A stretch of 64,000 nt of DNA from Oikopleura dioica. Taxonomy: Eukaryota > Animalia > Chordata. The translations under genes and the position numbers were made by a program. Shown here in pieces: positions 37,601 to 49,462 of the stretch (the first letter of the stretch is position 1; each line of letters opens with the position of its first letter). The notes under the pieces were generated by a model. That model made no database searches. It was not told the DNA's origin and worked only from the letters and a program-made list of their open reading frames with translations. Location of the stretch: contig OU015569.1 in the NCBI GenBank assembly GCA_907165135.1, positions 1,116,001 through 1,180,000 on the forward strand, written 5' to 3'.

Positions 37601-38164
37601 TGGGCAATTATCCTATGATTTAGCCTATGCACTGGTTGACTGGGCGTTCGGCGCTGTTCACGTCAAAATCTGCATTGCATTTACTTTGCTGGGTCCGAAT
37701 TGGTGGCTTAGAGATGCTCTCGAGACAATTTATAATCGGGTAAGAAGGAACGATTCCATAAGTTTCTGACCGATTGGTTTTAGGGCGCTAGAAACTTTCG
37801 CTTGCGCAACTTCTTGTGGACAGTTGTCTGGCCAGTGGCGTCTGGACTTATTGTGCTTCTATCTGTTCCGTTTATAATCAGCTATTCAATTCTACCGCTG
37901 ATGTCATTCCAAGAAGACTTGCTCGTCCGCTTCCAGCGAAAAGTCTATCCCATGTTCTGTTTCGGTAATTAGTCAGCGAAATTGATTCGAGTTGAACCCT
38001 TCTTAGGAGTACTGGGAATGTTCCTTCTTCACATTCAATACCAACAGCTCTGTCGACTGATAGAAGGCATCAAAAATGCAAAGTACATGGTTGGCCAGCG
38101 ACTGGTGAACTTCGAGCCCGAGCGCAAAAAGGCAGCAAATCATTCTACCGCCATTTCAGATTAG
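34649..38164 (+). CDS. MARCHF6: E3 ubiquitin ligase MARCHF6 (TEB4/Doa10 family)
   Basis: RING-CH CRVCR...[23 protein letters not shown]...CELCNHKFAFKPIYS; TD domain WEELTWERMLGLDGSFVFLEHVFWV; many TM segments; C-terminal KYMVGQRLVNFE. Confidence 0.95.
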
Positions 38165-38449
38165 TTGTTTCCGCTTCTATTCAAAGTTTTGAAAAAAAAG
38201 TTTTCAAAATTACTTCAAAGTTTTTGAATTTCAAACCCAAACAAGGCAACTGTATATTTAAAGTCTCACGTACCTGTTCAAGCAGAAAGAGCTAATGGGT
38301 CCCGATCTGCTATTTCTTCAATTTAAATGATCTCGCTTCATGAAACATTTCATTTTCTTGCGTCAACAAAATAAAAATAATCACATTTCACGAGAATTAG
38401 AATTAAATTTCCTTGATAAAACTTCAATCGAATTTATTCATTCTCCATG

Positions 38450-39276
38450 TCAGTAAAAAGTAGCATGCCTATACTCGATACTCCGCAGATCCTGGCGCGC
38501 CCGCACGGCAGATATCAAGGACAGCAAAAGCAGCACCAGAGAAAGACAAGTGCCGATCAGTATGATCGCAAAGGTCAGCCCACTTGAATATAAGCCAGCG
38601 CATACTTATGAAACGTTAGTGAAAACATAATATCATCTTGAAAGAGACTTCGAGACGGGCAACAAGATGTCACCTGTGCCTCCGTGAAAAATATTTGATA
38701 GAAAATAATTTATTACCTTTTAGCACATTGCTCGCCATAAATATGAGCGACAGAATAAGTGCAAGAAAAGCAACTATCCCCAGAATATGCTAAAATCGAT
38801 TATAACAATATACCAAAGGGTTATTTAACTTACGTGGAACCAGAATAGAACTTTAGATGTTTTTTGGTCACTGGAGGCTCTTCTGCTTCCTTCGATGCCG
38901 AAAATAGCAACTATTATTGAAAGCAGATACGTACTAAAACATTTTCTTTCTTATTTCTTGCCGAGAAATAGGACTCACCTCGCAGCAAAGGCTATGCAAG
39001 TCACTGCATAACATGGTTCCGTTGAAGGATCCATCGATTCTACCACTGATACATTTCCACATATCGATTTGGTTGTATTTAAATGATGAGAAACTTCTTG
39101 GGGTGATTACTTATACTATTCAATTAGGGGACAAGTAATTAGTCACCCGGCCCTGTCGAAAATGCGGCTAACGAAGAAAGAACCAAAAGAATGGACAAGT
39201 AAAAGGTCAAAAATCTGGGCTATGGGATCTGTTAGTACCGAAAGACTTTCCTATAGTTTTTTACCTTGCAAGCCAT
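38450..39276 (-). CDS. Putative four-pass membrane protein (claudin/PMP22-like topology)
   Basis: Short exons encode hydrophobic segments FLTFYLSILLVLSSLAAF, VTCIAFAASTYLLSIIVAIFG, ILGIVAFLALILSLIFM, LTFAIILIGTCLSLVLLLLSLI; phase of the first exon is uncertain. Confidence 0.5.
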
Positions 39277-39647
39277 CACTCGTCTTCGCTGTCTCTCTTG
39301 ATCTTTTGATGATTGAAAAGAGAACTCTCGCTCGGCTAGTAAGAGGTCGTTAAATAAAAGGAGTCGCTATCTCACCCAGTCTAACTGGCCTCCTCCGGAC
39401 GAAATAAATTCTACCTCAGTATAGAAAGTGCCATTTTTAATTAGCGAGCAAAGTGTTGACAACAACAAATATTCGGTACTGAATCAAGGTATATTTATTA
39501 CAGAAGAGTCATTCGTCTCACGTCAGCGCGCTTTGAGAACGTTCTCTGCTGCTGAGCCGCCCAGTCATCTCCCACCGTTGTGCGCCGTTTTTCGACGTTG
39601 CGCTTTTTTGAGGCTCCATATATCACCTTTAAAGTTTTAAGCAGTCT

Positions 39648-42600
39648 TTAGTGAGCCCTCAGTTCCTTGGTCATCGCTTCGATTGCTTTTGCTCTCGCCG
39701 TTTCTGGACTCAACAGATCATCTTCAAACTTATCCATGTCTTCGAGTGCCGGAGGAATAATGACATCAGTGACCTTTTCTTGATCCTTTTCGAACTGAAC
39801 ACGCTATTTTTTTTTCAGAAAGAAGTTTTGGCACACCTCACTCGAAGAAGATCTGCGAACTTTCTCGGCTGTTGGATCTTGCTCAGCTTTTAGCTTCAAG
39901 TACAGCTGTGTAAAAAGGTTGGCATTTTTCTCTATTTGTGCCATGTATCTTGCACGAGTTTTAGCTAGAATTTTATGGAGTATCAGAGCTCATCTACCTT
40001 AAATCTTAAATCGAGAAAGTTATTTTCTAAACTCTCCCTAAGAACGTTTGACTCGTTGATTTCGTCGTTGTCTCCAAGAGATTTGCGAATGGAAGTCGTA
40101 TTACAACCCATGCGATCAGAGAGTTTTTGAATGGCATCAAAGAGATTGGTGAATAGCTCGTTCTGCTCGTCCAGCTGTTTCTTCAACTCTTCAAGATTCT
40201 CCTCCTCTTTCCCGTTTTGCGACGTCAACTCGGACATCTTCATCGCAACACTCATTTGGTCGTCATCGTTTGTTGACTGTAGCCGCTCGATTTTGTATTT
40301 CAAGTGGCCAATTGCTTCAATCTCTCTTTCAATTTTCTTCGAGCTCTCATTAACGTAACCAAACGCTGCGAAATTTTCCGACTCGTTCTTTGACAACTTC
40401 GCAATTAGCTCCTCGATCGGAAGGTGGCCGTAAGCCGCATAAATACGACTGAAGGAGTGTTCGAAATGCGCGAGTTTTTGCAGCTTGTGCTTCATTTTTC
40501 TAGTCACTTGGTTATTCCATTTGTTCTCGGAAAGGTTTACCTTGAGAAGAATTGCCGCTCGTTTGTTAATTGCTTCTTGGGCGATAGCTGCTTTATCTTG
40601 ACTCTTCAAGTCCATGAAACATTCGGTGATTTCTTCGTGGTCAAGATGCCGCTGAAGCTCTCGATATTCGAGACTATGCTGGAGAATGTCTTTTTCATTC
40701 TTGTCCAAAAGAGCTTTCGCCCGTTGTCGAGCATCTTCTGTAATAACAATTATCCCGTGCCCGGATAATATAATATAATATACAAATGCCTTAGGGAGAT
40801 TTCAAATTTTGCGGACGGGCCAAAAATTTTTTTCTTTTTCTTGCTGATATGAAAGAGCATGAAAATGAGGCAGACTAGTCCTCGTATCATCGTCCTAGCT
40901 TTCGTAATTACGAAAATATCTTGAAGACAAAGTCCAAAAATATGAAAACTTTTCTCGACGATTGTGAGTCATCGGTAAGAGGTACTTTCATTTTCTCTTC
41001 GGATATGAATTCCTCAGTGCCTAATCTAGTGGGGACGACTTTAAAAAATGAAAACCGATAAGGTTTTTCGTGATTTCAGCGATTCGAAAGAAGTGATAAA
41101 AATGCTTTATGAACGGGGCGAAAATAGGAACGAGCAGCTACTAAACGACCTCGAAATCAGGCGCTGAAAATCAGGCTCATCCCATTTTCGAAAACAAAAA
41201 TTCGGAAACAGGATTGTGCAGCAACTAAACCGGGTCGAAATCAGGGCCCTCGAAATCAGCCTGGCCCATTTCGAGTCCAATTTTCTGACCCTGATGATCA
41301 GCTGATGAATATTCATGCCGCGCTATTTTTAAGGTTGTCGAAGTTTTCAAGCCAACTTCCGCCTTATGAACCCGGATCATATCAATATCAAGAATTGCAG
41401 ATGACAACGATTTGAGCGATCGCATTGACGCGCTTTTTTAAGATGGGCGAAGTTTTCTAGCCCACTTGCGCCTTATAAACCCCAGAACACCATACCTTTT
41501 TGGAATCAGCAGAAAATTTTAAGATTTTTGACCGTTTAAAATTCTAGAAATCTACACTTCCGGTCGATTCTAGAGCCGGAAGTTGACGAAATTTAGGACT
41601 TAGGATGAAGTTGGACCTATCAAATTTACGCTCAGAAGATTTCCTATGATTTAAAATAAGAATACATCCTAACCGCGCTAAATTCTTGATATTGATATGA
41701 TCCGGGTTCATAAGGCGGAAGTTGGCTTGAAAACTTCGACAACCTTAAAAATAGCGCGGCATGAATATTCATCAGCTGATCATCAGGGTCAGAAAATTGG
41801 ACTCGAAATGGGCCAGGCTGATTTGACGCGCATTTTTAAGGTTGGGCAAGTTATTTCACCCACTTCTTGATTTTAAACCCTGGAACACCATACATATTTG
41901 GAATCAGCAGGAAATTTTTAGAACTTTGACCGTTTTAGTTTCCAAAATTTCCACTTCCGGTCCGATTCTAGAGCCGGAAGTAGACGAAATTTTGAGTTTG
42001 GCCAACTTGTGACCTATCAAATTGATTCTCAGAAGATTTCCTATCATCTGAGAGAAGAATCAATGCCGACCGCGGTCAAATCAACCGCTAAAAACTGAAA
42101 GAAAAACAGAAATTTATGCCTTTTTCCTAGTTTTGCCGGTCGGTTTGACTGCGGTTGGGACGGTTTCTTTGAATGATTTTAAGATGATTTTACTCAAAAT
42201 TTTCTGAGCATCAATTTAATAGGTCACAAGTTGGCCAAACTCAAAATTTCGTCAACTTCCGGCTCTAGAATCGGACCGGAAGTGGAAATTTTGGAAACTA
42301 AAACGGTCAAAGTTCTAAAAATTTCCTGCTGATTCCAAATATGTATGGTGTTCCAGGGTTTAAGATCAGGAAGTGGGTGAAATAACTTGCCCAACCTTAA
42401 AAATAGCGCGTCTTTCGAGGGCCCTGATTTCGACCCGGTTTAGTTGCTGCACAATCCTGTTTCCGAATTTTTGTTTTCGAAAATGGGATGAGCCTGATTT
42501 TCAGCGCCTGATTTCGAGGTCGTTTAGTAGCTGCTCGTTCCTATTTTCGCCCCGTTCATAAAGCATTTTTATCACTTCTTTCGAATCGCTGAAATCACGA

Positions 42601-43806
42601 AAAACCTTATCGGTTTTCATTTTTAAAGTCGTCCCCACTAGATTAGGCACTGAGGAATTCATATCCGAAGAGAAAATGAAAGTACCTCTTACCGATGACT
42701 CACAATCGTCGAGAAAAGTTTTCATATTTTTGGACTTTGTCTTCAAGATATTTTCGTAATTACGAAAGCTAGGACGATGATACGAGGACTAGTCTGCCTC
42801 ATTTTTCATGCTCTTTCATATCAGCAAGAAAAAAGAAAAAAAAATTTTTTGGCCCGTCCGCAAAATTTGAAATCTCCCTTACCTTGGTTCTCAAAGGCAA
42901 GATTTCCTTCATCAACCATCGCTGCCATAAGCGATCGTTTGTGCTGGATCGACTTTTCGAGGCGATCCAAATGGTTTTGGAATTTCACGTGCTCTCCTCG
43001 CAAATGCTGGATTTTATGCTTTTTGTCCTTGTTGACTGCGAGCAAGGAATTGTAACTGAGCATTTGCTGGTGAAGACGATTTTTGAGAATGGAAACTTTG
43101 ACTTCTTCATCCTTGGCGTTCGAAGCGGCATCAGAGGTGAGATTTGAAAGCTTCTTTGAAAGGTACAATTTATCTTCGCTTAGCTGCAGAATTTGTTGAT
43201 CGAGGCTTCAATTAATATTCAAAAATTGATACAATTCAAATCACGTTATAAATAATTGAATTAATTTCCTGAGCGATAAATTTGACTCTTTTTCGATTTG
43301 CGATTCGACGAGGTCTTTTGAGCTCACAACTTCCTATAAATAATATTTCTTTAACGAAAAACTTGATTAATTGAAAACTTGCCTTAATTGCATCGCAGTC
43401 GCTGTCCGCCTCAGCCAAGTTTTTCTTCGAAAGTGCCAAGGAAAGTTGAGTTGAAAGCTCATATTTTTCCTTGTTCAATAATTTGATCGTTTCATCTTGT
43501 TTTTTGGTGCAGTTCTCGTTTCAGTTTGTATATTTTGAAAAAGGATATTATTCGAAATTTTTGACTGCGGAACTTTAAAAACTGTTGTCTTGAAATTAAT
43601 TTGCAGCTGTTGCCGTTTTTGTGCACTTTGTTTGATAGCTCGGTTGATCTTGGCTAGTTCCTTTTCATTCGAGCTATTCTTCCGTAAGAAAATTTCATCC
43701 GACTTTTCAATAAGGAAAATATGCAGTTTTGTGTTTGATAGTAGAATAGCAGTTCCTGATTATTAATTTCAGAATCGTCCTCGGAGAACTCCGTCCATCC
43801 GTCCAT
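39648..43806 (-). CDS. Outer dynein arm docking complex coiled-coil protein (ODAD1/CCDC114-CCDC63 family)
   Basis: Coiled coil with IQHLRGEHVKF, YRELQRHLDHEE..ECFMDLK, ENFAAFGYVNE, LSDRMGCNTTSIRKSLG, typical of this family. The 3' end may extend to ~39520; contains a 2.1 kb TE-filled intron. Confidence 0.75.
40794..42878. mobile_element. Non-autonomous PIF/Harbinger-like foldback element with ~460 bp TIRs and nested internal hairpins
   Basis: TIRs 40794-41255 / 42413-42878 beginning GGGAGATTTC; TTA on both flanks (40791-40793, 42879-42881); internal inverted pairs ~41253-41398/41681-41823 and ~41826-42040/42195-42412; no transposase. Confidence 0.85.
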
Positions 43807-43866
43807 TTTTCCTGATTCTCTAATTTAGTCCTCTGTCGTGGATAATCCAAGAAGAAGAATCATTCT

Positions 43867-44547
43867 TCAAAGTCGTTTTTTTTCTTCAAGAAAGAAGAAT
43901 GCGTCAGATAACGTTTCATGAATCCACAAAGGGGCTATTTTGATGTCCAAAATAACCGAAAAGAGTCGTGCTGAAGGATGGATTGGCTTGATATCGAATG
44001 AATTGAAAAGTTCGAAGTTTTCCAAAAATTTTTTGCGCACATGGAAAATTGAGTGCCCCGGAAATTCATCTTTAGGCACGGTTTTGCCCTTGATGTCCGG
44101 CTCAAAGTGCTAATTTGATCTACTTTCGTGGCGTATTAATGTCTCGCTGTTAACAGCTCTTGGTCTGACAAGAAAGATGGTGACTTTGTCAGATTGTTGC
44201 TAAGGTGAATGACCTGTTTCTTGTGACCTGTTTGGGTCACTGTTGGGGCTTCGCACTTTTTCACTTTTTCCCGACGAGGTGCCCAGTTTTTCCCGTTGGA
44301 GATCTCCTTCCCACGAGGCAAAAAATCTCAGCATTTGGAGGAGTACTTTAGTTGTCACTGGACGCTGGTTTTCAAAAGGGATGAGTGCTTTCGAAAGAGT
44401 ACCATACAGCGAATAAGACATTTCAAACAAATCAAAACAACCTTTACCAATATACGCCCGTGGACAATGCTCCCTCTTGAGCCATTCAATACATTCATCC
44501 TTTGTCTGAATTTCCCTTGTAAACATTCTTAATATTTGTATAAACAA
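43867..44547 (-). CDS. Uncharacterised gene directly upstream of the ODAD1-like gene
   Basis: ORFs 44547-44200 and 44079-43867 read as protein-like exons; the stop lies 60 nt before the next ATG on the same strand. Confidence 0.45.
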
Positions 44548-44640
44548 CGCGAAAATCTACGTTAATGTTTACGAAGATATCAAATGCACACATTGAAATT
44601 TGATGCAAGTAATTTTTTCTTCTTTGATGTTATCACTTAA

Positions 44641-44697
44641 GGACCCCCCCCCCCCTTCAACAATTTCGAAAAGTGTTGACGGGGGGGGAGGGGGTCC
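44641..44697. mobile_element. 57-bp palindromic mini-element flanked by TTAA
   Basis: GGACCCCCC...GGGGGTCC inverted ends with TTAA on both sides (44637-44640, 44698-44701). Confidence 0.6.
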
Positions 44698-45080
44698 TTA
44701 AAGTTGATAAAAAATTCAATGAATTAACTCTACAAAAACTCTAAGACTGCAATTATTTGATATTAATATCGACATATGCAAAGGGGAAAATCAAGAATTG
44801 GGAACATATTCCTTACAGAAATCAGCCTGAATCGCCATAACAGTCAAAAGTCTTCACTGAAGACGGGAGCACCCGCTGATGTCACATTAGCCGCTAATAG
44901 TCGCACCGTGAGATTTTCACCCCATAAAGGGGTGCGTGCCCAAGTGTGTACCTAATACACCACCCATGCTCTTTAGCGCCAAAAGACGATTGAAAATAAA
45001 CTTAAAACATTACCCCTTACACAATCACAAAAATACCTCCGAAACGCAAGGACAACAAGAGAACCAAAAAAATACCGGAA

Positions 45081-46359
45081 ATGCTAGGCATATTCTTTTT
45101 ACAGACGGCGCATTCGATGATCATTCATCAAGAACTCTTAGGTGAGCATGGATAAAGGCTTCAGTTACCTTACCTCAGTTTAGTGGAGCCAGAAGTCATC
45201 GTTCCTGAGGATACAATTTACCTCCCGCAAGTTTACAGAGAGATTGATTTGACCTGCTCTGGTCAAGAAGACTTACCAGACGGCGGGCGTTTCTCGTCGC
45301 CTGGTTGGACCGAGGTTAGTGAACGGACAAGTGAAAGATATTCTTACTCAATTCAAAACCACAGGAATTTGTCTACGCAAATAATCTCAACTGCAGCTGG
45401 ACTCTTGGTCGCCGTGGCTGCACTACGGAAGTTGACTTCTACGAGATCGACATTGAAGATCTCCATCTTCTCCGAAAGTGCCCTTACGACAAACTCACTA
45501 TCTCAACAGGTTCAAGTGCCTGCCCACAGCTCTCTATCTAATCAACTTTTCTAGGCGACCAGCAATTAAACCGGGAACTGTGTGGTCGCTCTCCCCAGAA
45601 ATATTCCGCGTTTTTGGCCCTATTAGTGTCAAATTTTCATCAGACAAGACGGTGCAACGACGAGGATGGACTGCTGTTGTCAATGTCTATGATTGCCATT
45701 CTCCATTGGAAGAAAAGAAAAGCGCAGTTCCCAAGAAATCTACCTCCACGACGATTGAACCATCCCGAGCCGAGACAACAACAACGACTTCTTCTACACC
45801 TTCATCAACTACAACTACCTACACGACTACAACAACAGTCACAACAACGACAACCTTGCCCTCAACAACAACGACGACCGCTACTACCTCTTCTACCACA
45901 ACAACTACAACAACATCAACGACGAGCTCTACCACGAGCACCACAACAACAACCACAAAAACAACAACAACAACGACAACAACATCATCATCAACGACGT
46001 CGGAACCCTCTACAACAGTGACAACAACAACGACTCCTCTTCCCACAACCAATGAAGCAACAACGAGCGGATTGATAACCACCACAACAGCAATCAAGAA
46101 CGACGAGATGACACTTATTGTTAATCTCAGCGAAAACGACGTAGAGTATGAAGCCATCATACTCGAAAGGTAGTACTATTAGATTCCTAGATTCCTTTTT
46201 CCAACGATTTACTGTAGTTCTGGAATCGGCTCTGGCGACGGCTCCGGAGAGGAAATTCAAATCGACGTGCTTGACTTAGTAAACGAAGAAAGTGTTTTCC
46301 TCGAGTACAATCCATTCGACTACATGTCGGATTTCCCCATCAGATCTGATCAAAAGTAA
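45081..46359 (+). CDS. Secreted CUB-domain + Thr-rich mucin / Ser-Gly proteoglycan-like protein (oikosin-like candidate), with an apparent frameshift
   Basis: Signal-like MLGIFFLQTAHS; CUB motifs CSG..GRFSSPGW, LNCSWTL, FYEIDIE, CPYDKLTI, LCG, VKFSSD..VQRRGW; ~85 aa poly-Thr; SGIGSGDGSGEE. The frame changes at the T5 run 45611-45615. Confidence 0.75.
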
Positions 46360-46763
46360 AGAACAAATTTATGCACTTCTATCTGCCCAAAATGCCATGC
46401 AACAGAAATAAAATTGCCAGCCCCAAAGCTTGAGTGTTTTTTGTTTGAATAAACAGTCAAATTACCGGACTCTATAATCTCTGAAAGAAGAGCCATTTGC
46501 AGGTCGAAGTCTGAGAGACGATGAGTTGTCGCTGAAAGAATCTCTAGACCTCGTGGTTTCGAGCCGAAGCGCGTGTTGGGAAAATATAAAATCGAAGGTT
46601 TTGCCTGAATTTTGTCATATTTTCTTTTGCTTTTTCAAAGAAGATATTAATTTATTCTCGCCAAGAAAAAAGAAATGTAAGAGAAAAGAAAGATATATCA
46701 GTGCTCTATGATTACGCTCAAAAGTTTCAAAAGACTAAGAATCTTAACACTTTTTCTAGCCAG

Positions 46764-47856
46764 ATGAAACTGCGATCTCGATCAATCGTTACAAATGATC
46801 CAAAGTCGACTCCGAAAAGAGCCAGAACTCAGCATCAACCAAACGAGTTTGAGAAGATTTTCCCCGATAAAGTGACTTCCTACGGCCAGTTTGGAAAATG
46901 CGAAGGATCTGAGTGCGATGGGTAAGGATTAATTTTCGTAAAATTAAAATAGTTATCCATGAATATTCAGAGTACCCGCTGAAACGATCCAAATAAGTAA
47001 AGGAAGATTCTGCGAAATCTGTGTCGAAAAGGAACGCGGCGAAGAACAAGTCGAAGGCCGAAAATTTGACAAATCCGACGCAAAATTTCGATGCCCAGCG
47101 TTCTCTGCAACTGAAAGCTGCAAATCGGAGAATCTCTCGTTCCAAGAGTTCTACCTCGGTTCTTGCTGTGAGCCGGGCTCAAAGTGGTTGACGGATAATG
47201 AAAAAGGTAAATGGTCATTTTTTGAACCTTGTGGTTTAAAATAAAATTTTAGCGCAGAGAAAGAAGCTTATCATCATCAAGAATATCCATGCCGAAGCGA
47301 AGCGTGAGCAAACGAAACTTGAGGCTGAATCTAAACAGCAAAAGTGGACCGTTCAGAGAATGGAGAAACTGCAAAGCAAGAAAAAACAAATGGCAAACAC
47401 TTTGAGCGAATGCTATCAAAAGATTTTGGAGGAGATTGAGGAAATCGCACCAAAAATTGAAGACGCCAGGAAAACTCACGAAGGAAGTACGAAAAGGCTG
47501 CTTGAGAAGGAAAAAGAAGTTGACATGGTCGCGAAGCGTTACAAACAGCTCTCTTACGAGTATCACGCTGTTGAAGTCAAGGAGAAATCTGCCAAAGAAA
47601 AAATGAAAGGTAAAAAAAGTTTTCTTACAGATTAATAACTATATTATCAATTGAAGGTAATGGGAGGTGCAAAGTATGCCTGGAAGAATACAGCAACAAT
47701 TCGCTCCACCATAAATGCGCTCTTCGCAAATGTGGGCATGTCTCATGCAAGGAATGCTTGGAACGGATTCTTACGGAAAGCTACAACGATTACGCGCTTT
47801 GTCCCCACTGCCGAAAGAGCTTTACCGGTTTTGACCTCGTCCGTATCAATGAATAG
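46764..47856 (+). CDS. Cys-rich N-terminus + coiled coil + C-terminal C3HC4 RING protein (putative E3 ligase)
   Basis: Last exon CKVCLEEY...CALRKCGHVSCKECLERI...CPHCRKSF; coiled coil 47360-47610; N-terminal CEICV...FRCPAF...CC. Confidence 0.8.
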
Positions 47857-48528
47857 ATGTTTCATTTCCAAGGAAATTGAGACTCATTAATTGCATTCGA
47901 TCTGTCATTTTCTCCAATAAACTAAACGAAACATCCATTCGAGCCATTATTTTTTCTCTCTTAAGCCACCTGGTGGACGCAGATTTTCTTGCCTCATATA
48001 AGCAGGTAAAAACTTTTATCCACAAGAAAAAACATCAGAAGGACTGTAGGCAGGCCGATGTTTTCAAAAATGAGCGCCCGTCTCTAGAACTCGCGCTGAG
48101 CAGCTCATGTTTTTCACTTCTTCTCATTAACCGCCAAACCAGCTCTGGGGTAATCAGAGTCCGAACGGACTGCTTTTCAGGTAAATTTAGCGTTTTTGAA
48201 GATAACCAAGTGCTTACAAAATTGTTTTTAGTGCTCTCCGAAGTCCATGGGCTCTCCCTATTGTTTCTGTTACCTGGAAGGCCTTCTTTTAGGGGGTCTT
48301 CCGACAATATTCGGGAAAAAAAAACCGATAAAATCTTTATCATAAGCAAAATTGCTAATGATAGAGTCTATCACCGCAATTCTTCACTGAAAACCAATAA
48401 ATAATAGCAGTAATTCCCTAAATAGGGAGATACGGCAAAAATTCATAATTTAAAAATCCTGTGTCATTGTTTTGTTCTGAGCGGTTGAGTGTAGAGATGT
48501 CTACTGTTAGAAAGGCTACTGAAGGGTT

Positions 48529-48961
48529 CAGAGTTGCAATTTTTGCTGAGCTGAGCGGACCTGAGTATAGATTTCTCTGAGCTGAGATGGCCTATTTCGG
48601 AGGAAACTGAGCTGAGCTGGCCTTTTTCAGAGGTCATTGAGCGGAGCTGAGCTGAGAGACCTTTAGTTGAGCTTGATAGTTGAGCTGAGCGGACCCTAAT
48701 TAGAGCTGAGCTGAGCTGTTTTTCCTGTCTTTTAAGTAGTCAAATTGTGTCAAAATCATTGAGCTGAGCTGAGCTAAGTGATAATTGTCTGAGCTGAGCT
48801 GAGCAGAGCAGAGCAGAAAAGATTATTTGAAAATAATTGAGCTGTCAGCTCAGAGCTGAGCTGAGTGAAAATAGTCTGAGCTGAGCAGATCAGATCATTT
48901 TCAAAAATCACTGAGCTGAGCGACTGCTCAGGTCACTCAGCTCAGCAAATTTGCAACTCTG
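48529..48961 (-). mobile_element. hAT-like MITE with GAGCT pentamer array (copy 1)
   Basis: TIRs CAGAGTTGCAA...TTGCAACTCTG; homologous in reverse orientation to 62123-62493. Confidence 0.85.
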
Positions 48962-49288
48962 GAGCTCAACGGTATTTTTCATTAAAAAAACAATCCCGAG
49001 GCTTTAGTTGGGCTGGAATTGTAGGAAAGCGTGGCATGGGTTTCAAGCGGCTGTTGTGGATTCACACATTTCTGTCAGTGAAAGGGGAACATGCAAAAAA
49101 ATTGCCTCGGAGTCTTACTTTGGCGCTTTTATCATCTGTCGCGGGCTGTGCGAAAAGTTGTCTGTTTTTTCTCTTGATTATATTTCCTTCCACAAACTAG
49201 TCGCTCTTCAAATCATCCAAAAATAAATAGGAAAAACCGTCCTTCAACAACTTTTATTCTCAATTCCGATTCAAGAGCATCAGATTCA

Positions 49289-49462
49289 ATGTCAGCGACA
49301 GAGGACGAATGCTTGAAGAAGCTGCAAGAGATAATTCCGGAGCATATCTTTTCCGAGCTGAGCGGTTTCGACGCTCTCAACTGTGCTCAAGACGAGCAGA
49401 AGACGATTCTAGCGGCGATGATGTACATCAGGGACCTGGAAAGACAAGTGAACAACATGTAG
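49289..49462 (+). CDS. 57-aa helix-loop-helix protein without a basic region (Id/emc-like)
   Basis: MSATEDECLKKLQEIIP...EQKTILAAMMYIRDLERQVNNM*: helix-1 (CxxKLxExxP) and helix-2 (TIxxAxxYIxDL) patterns. It falls below the ORF-track length cutoff. Confidence 0.6.
   Translation: MSATEDECLKKLQEIIPEHIFSELSGFDALNCAQDEQKTILAAMMYIRDLERQVNNM

Noticed and set aside
42501-42746. ORFs inside the foldback TIRs (also 41107-41425, 42373-42561) as a transposase
   Set aside because: Short, mirror-duplicated, with no DDE or Myb motifs; chance ORFs.
45819-46160. Poly-Val ORF on the minus strand
   Set aside because: Antisense shadow of the Thr-rich (ACN) mucin exon.
48529-48961. GAGCT/CTGAG arrays as a CRISPR array or immunoglobulin switch-like region
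   Set aside because: No constant repeat with unique spacers and no cas genes. The arrays are bounded by TIRs and an 8-bp TSD (copy 3), so they are MITE internal repeats, and tunicates have no class switching.
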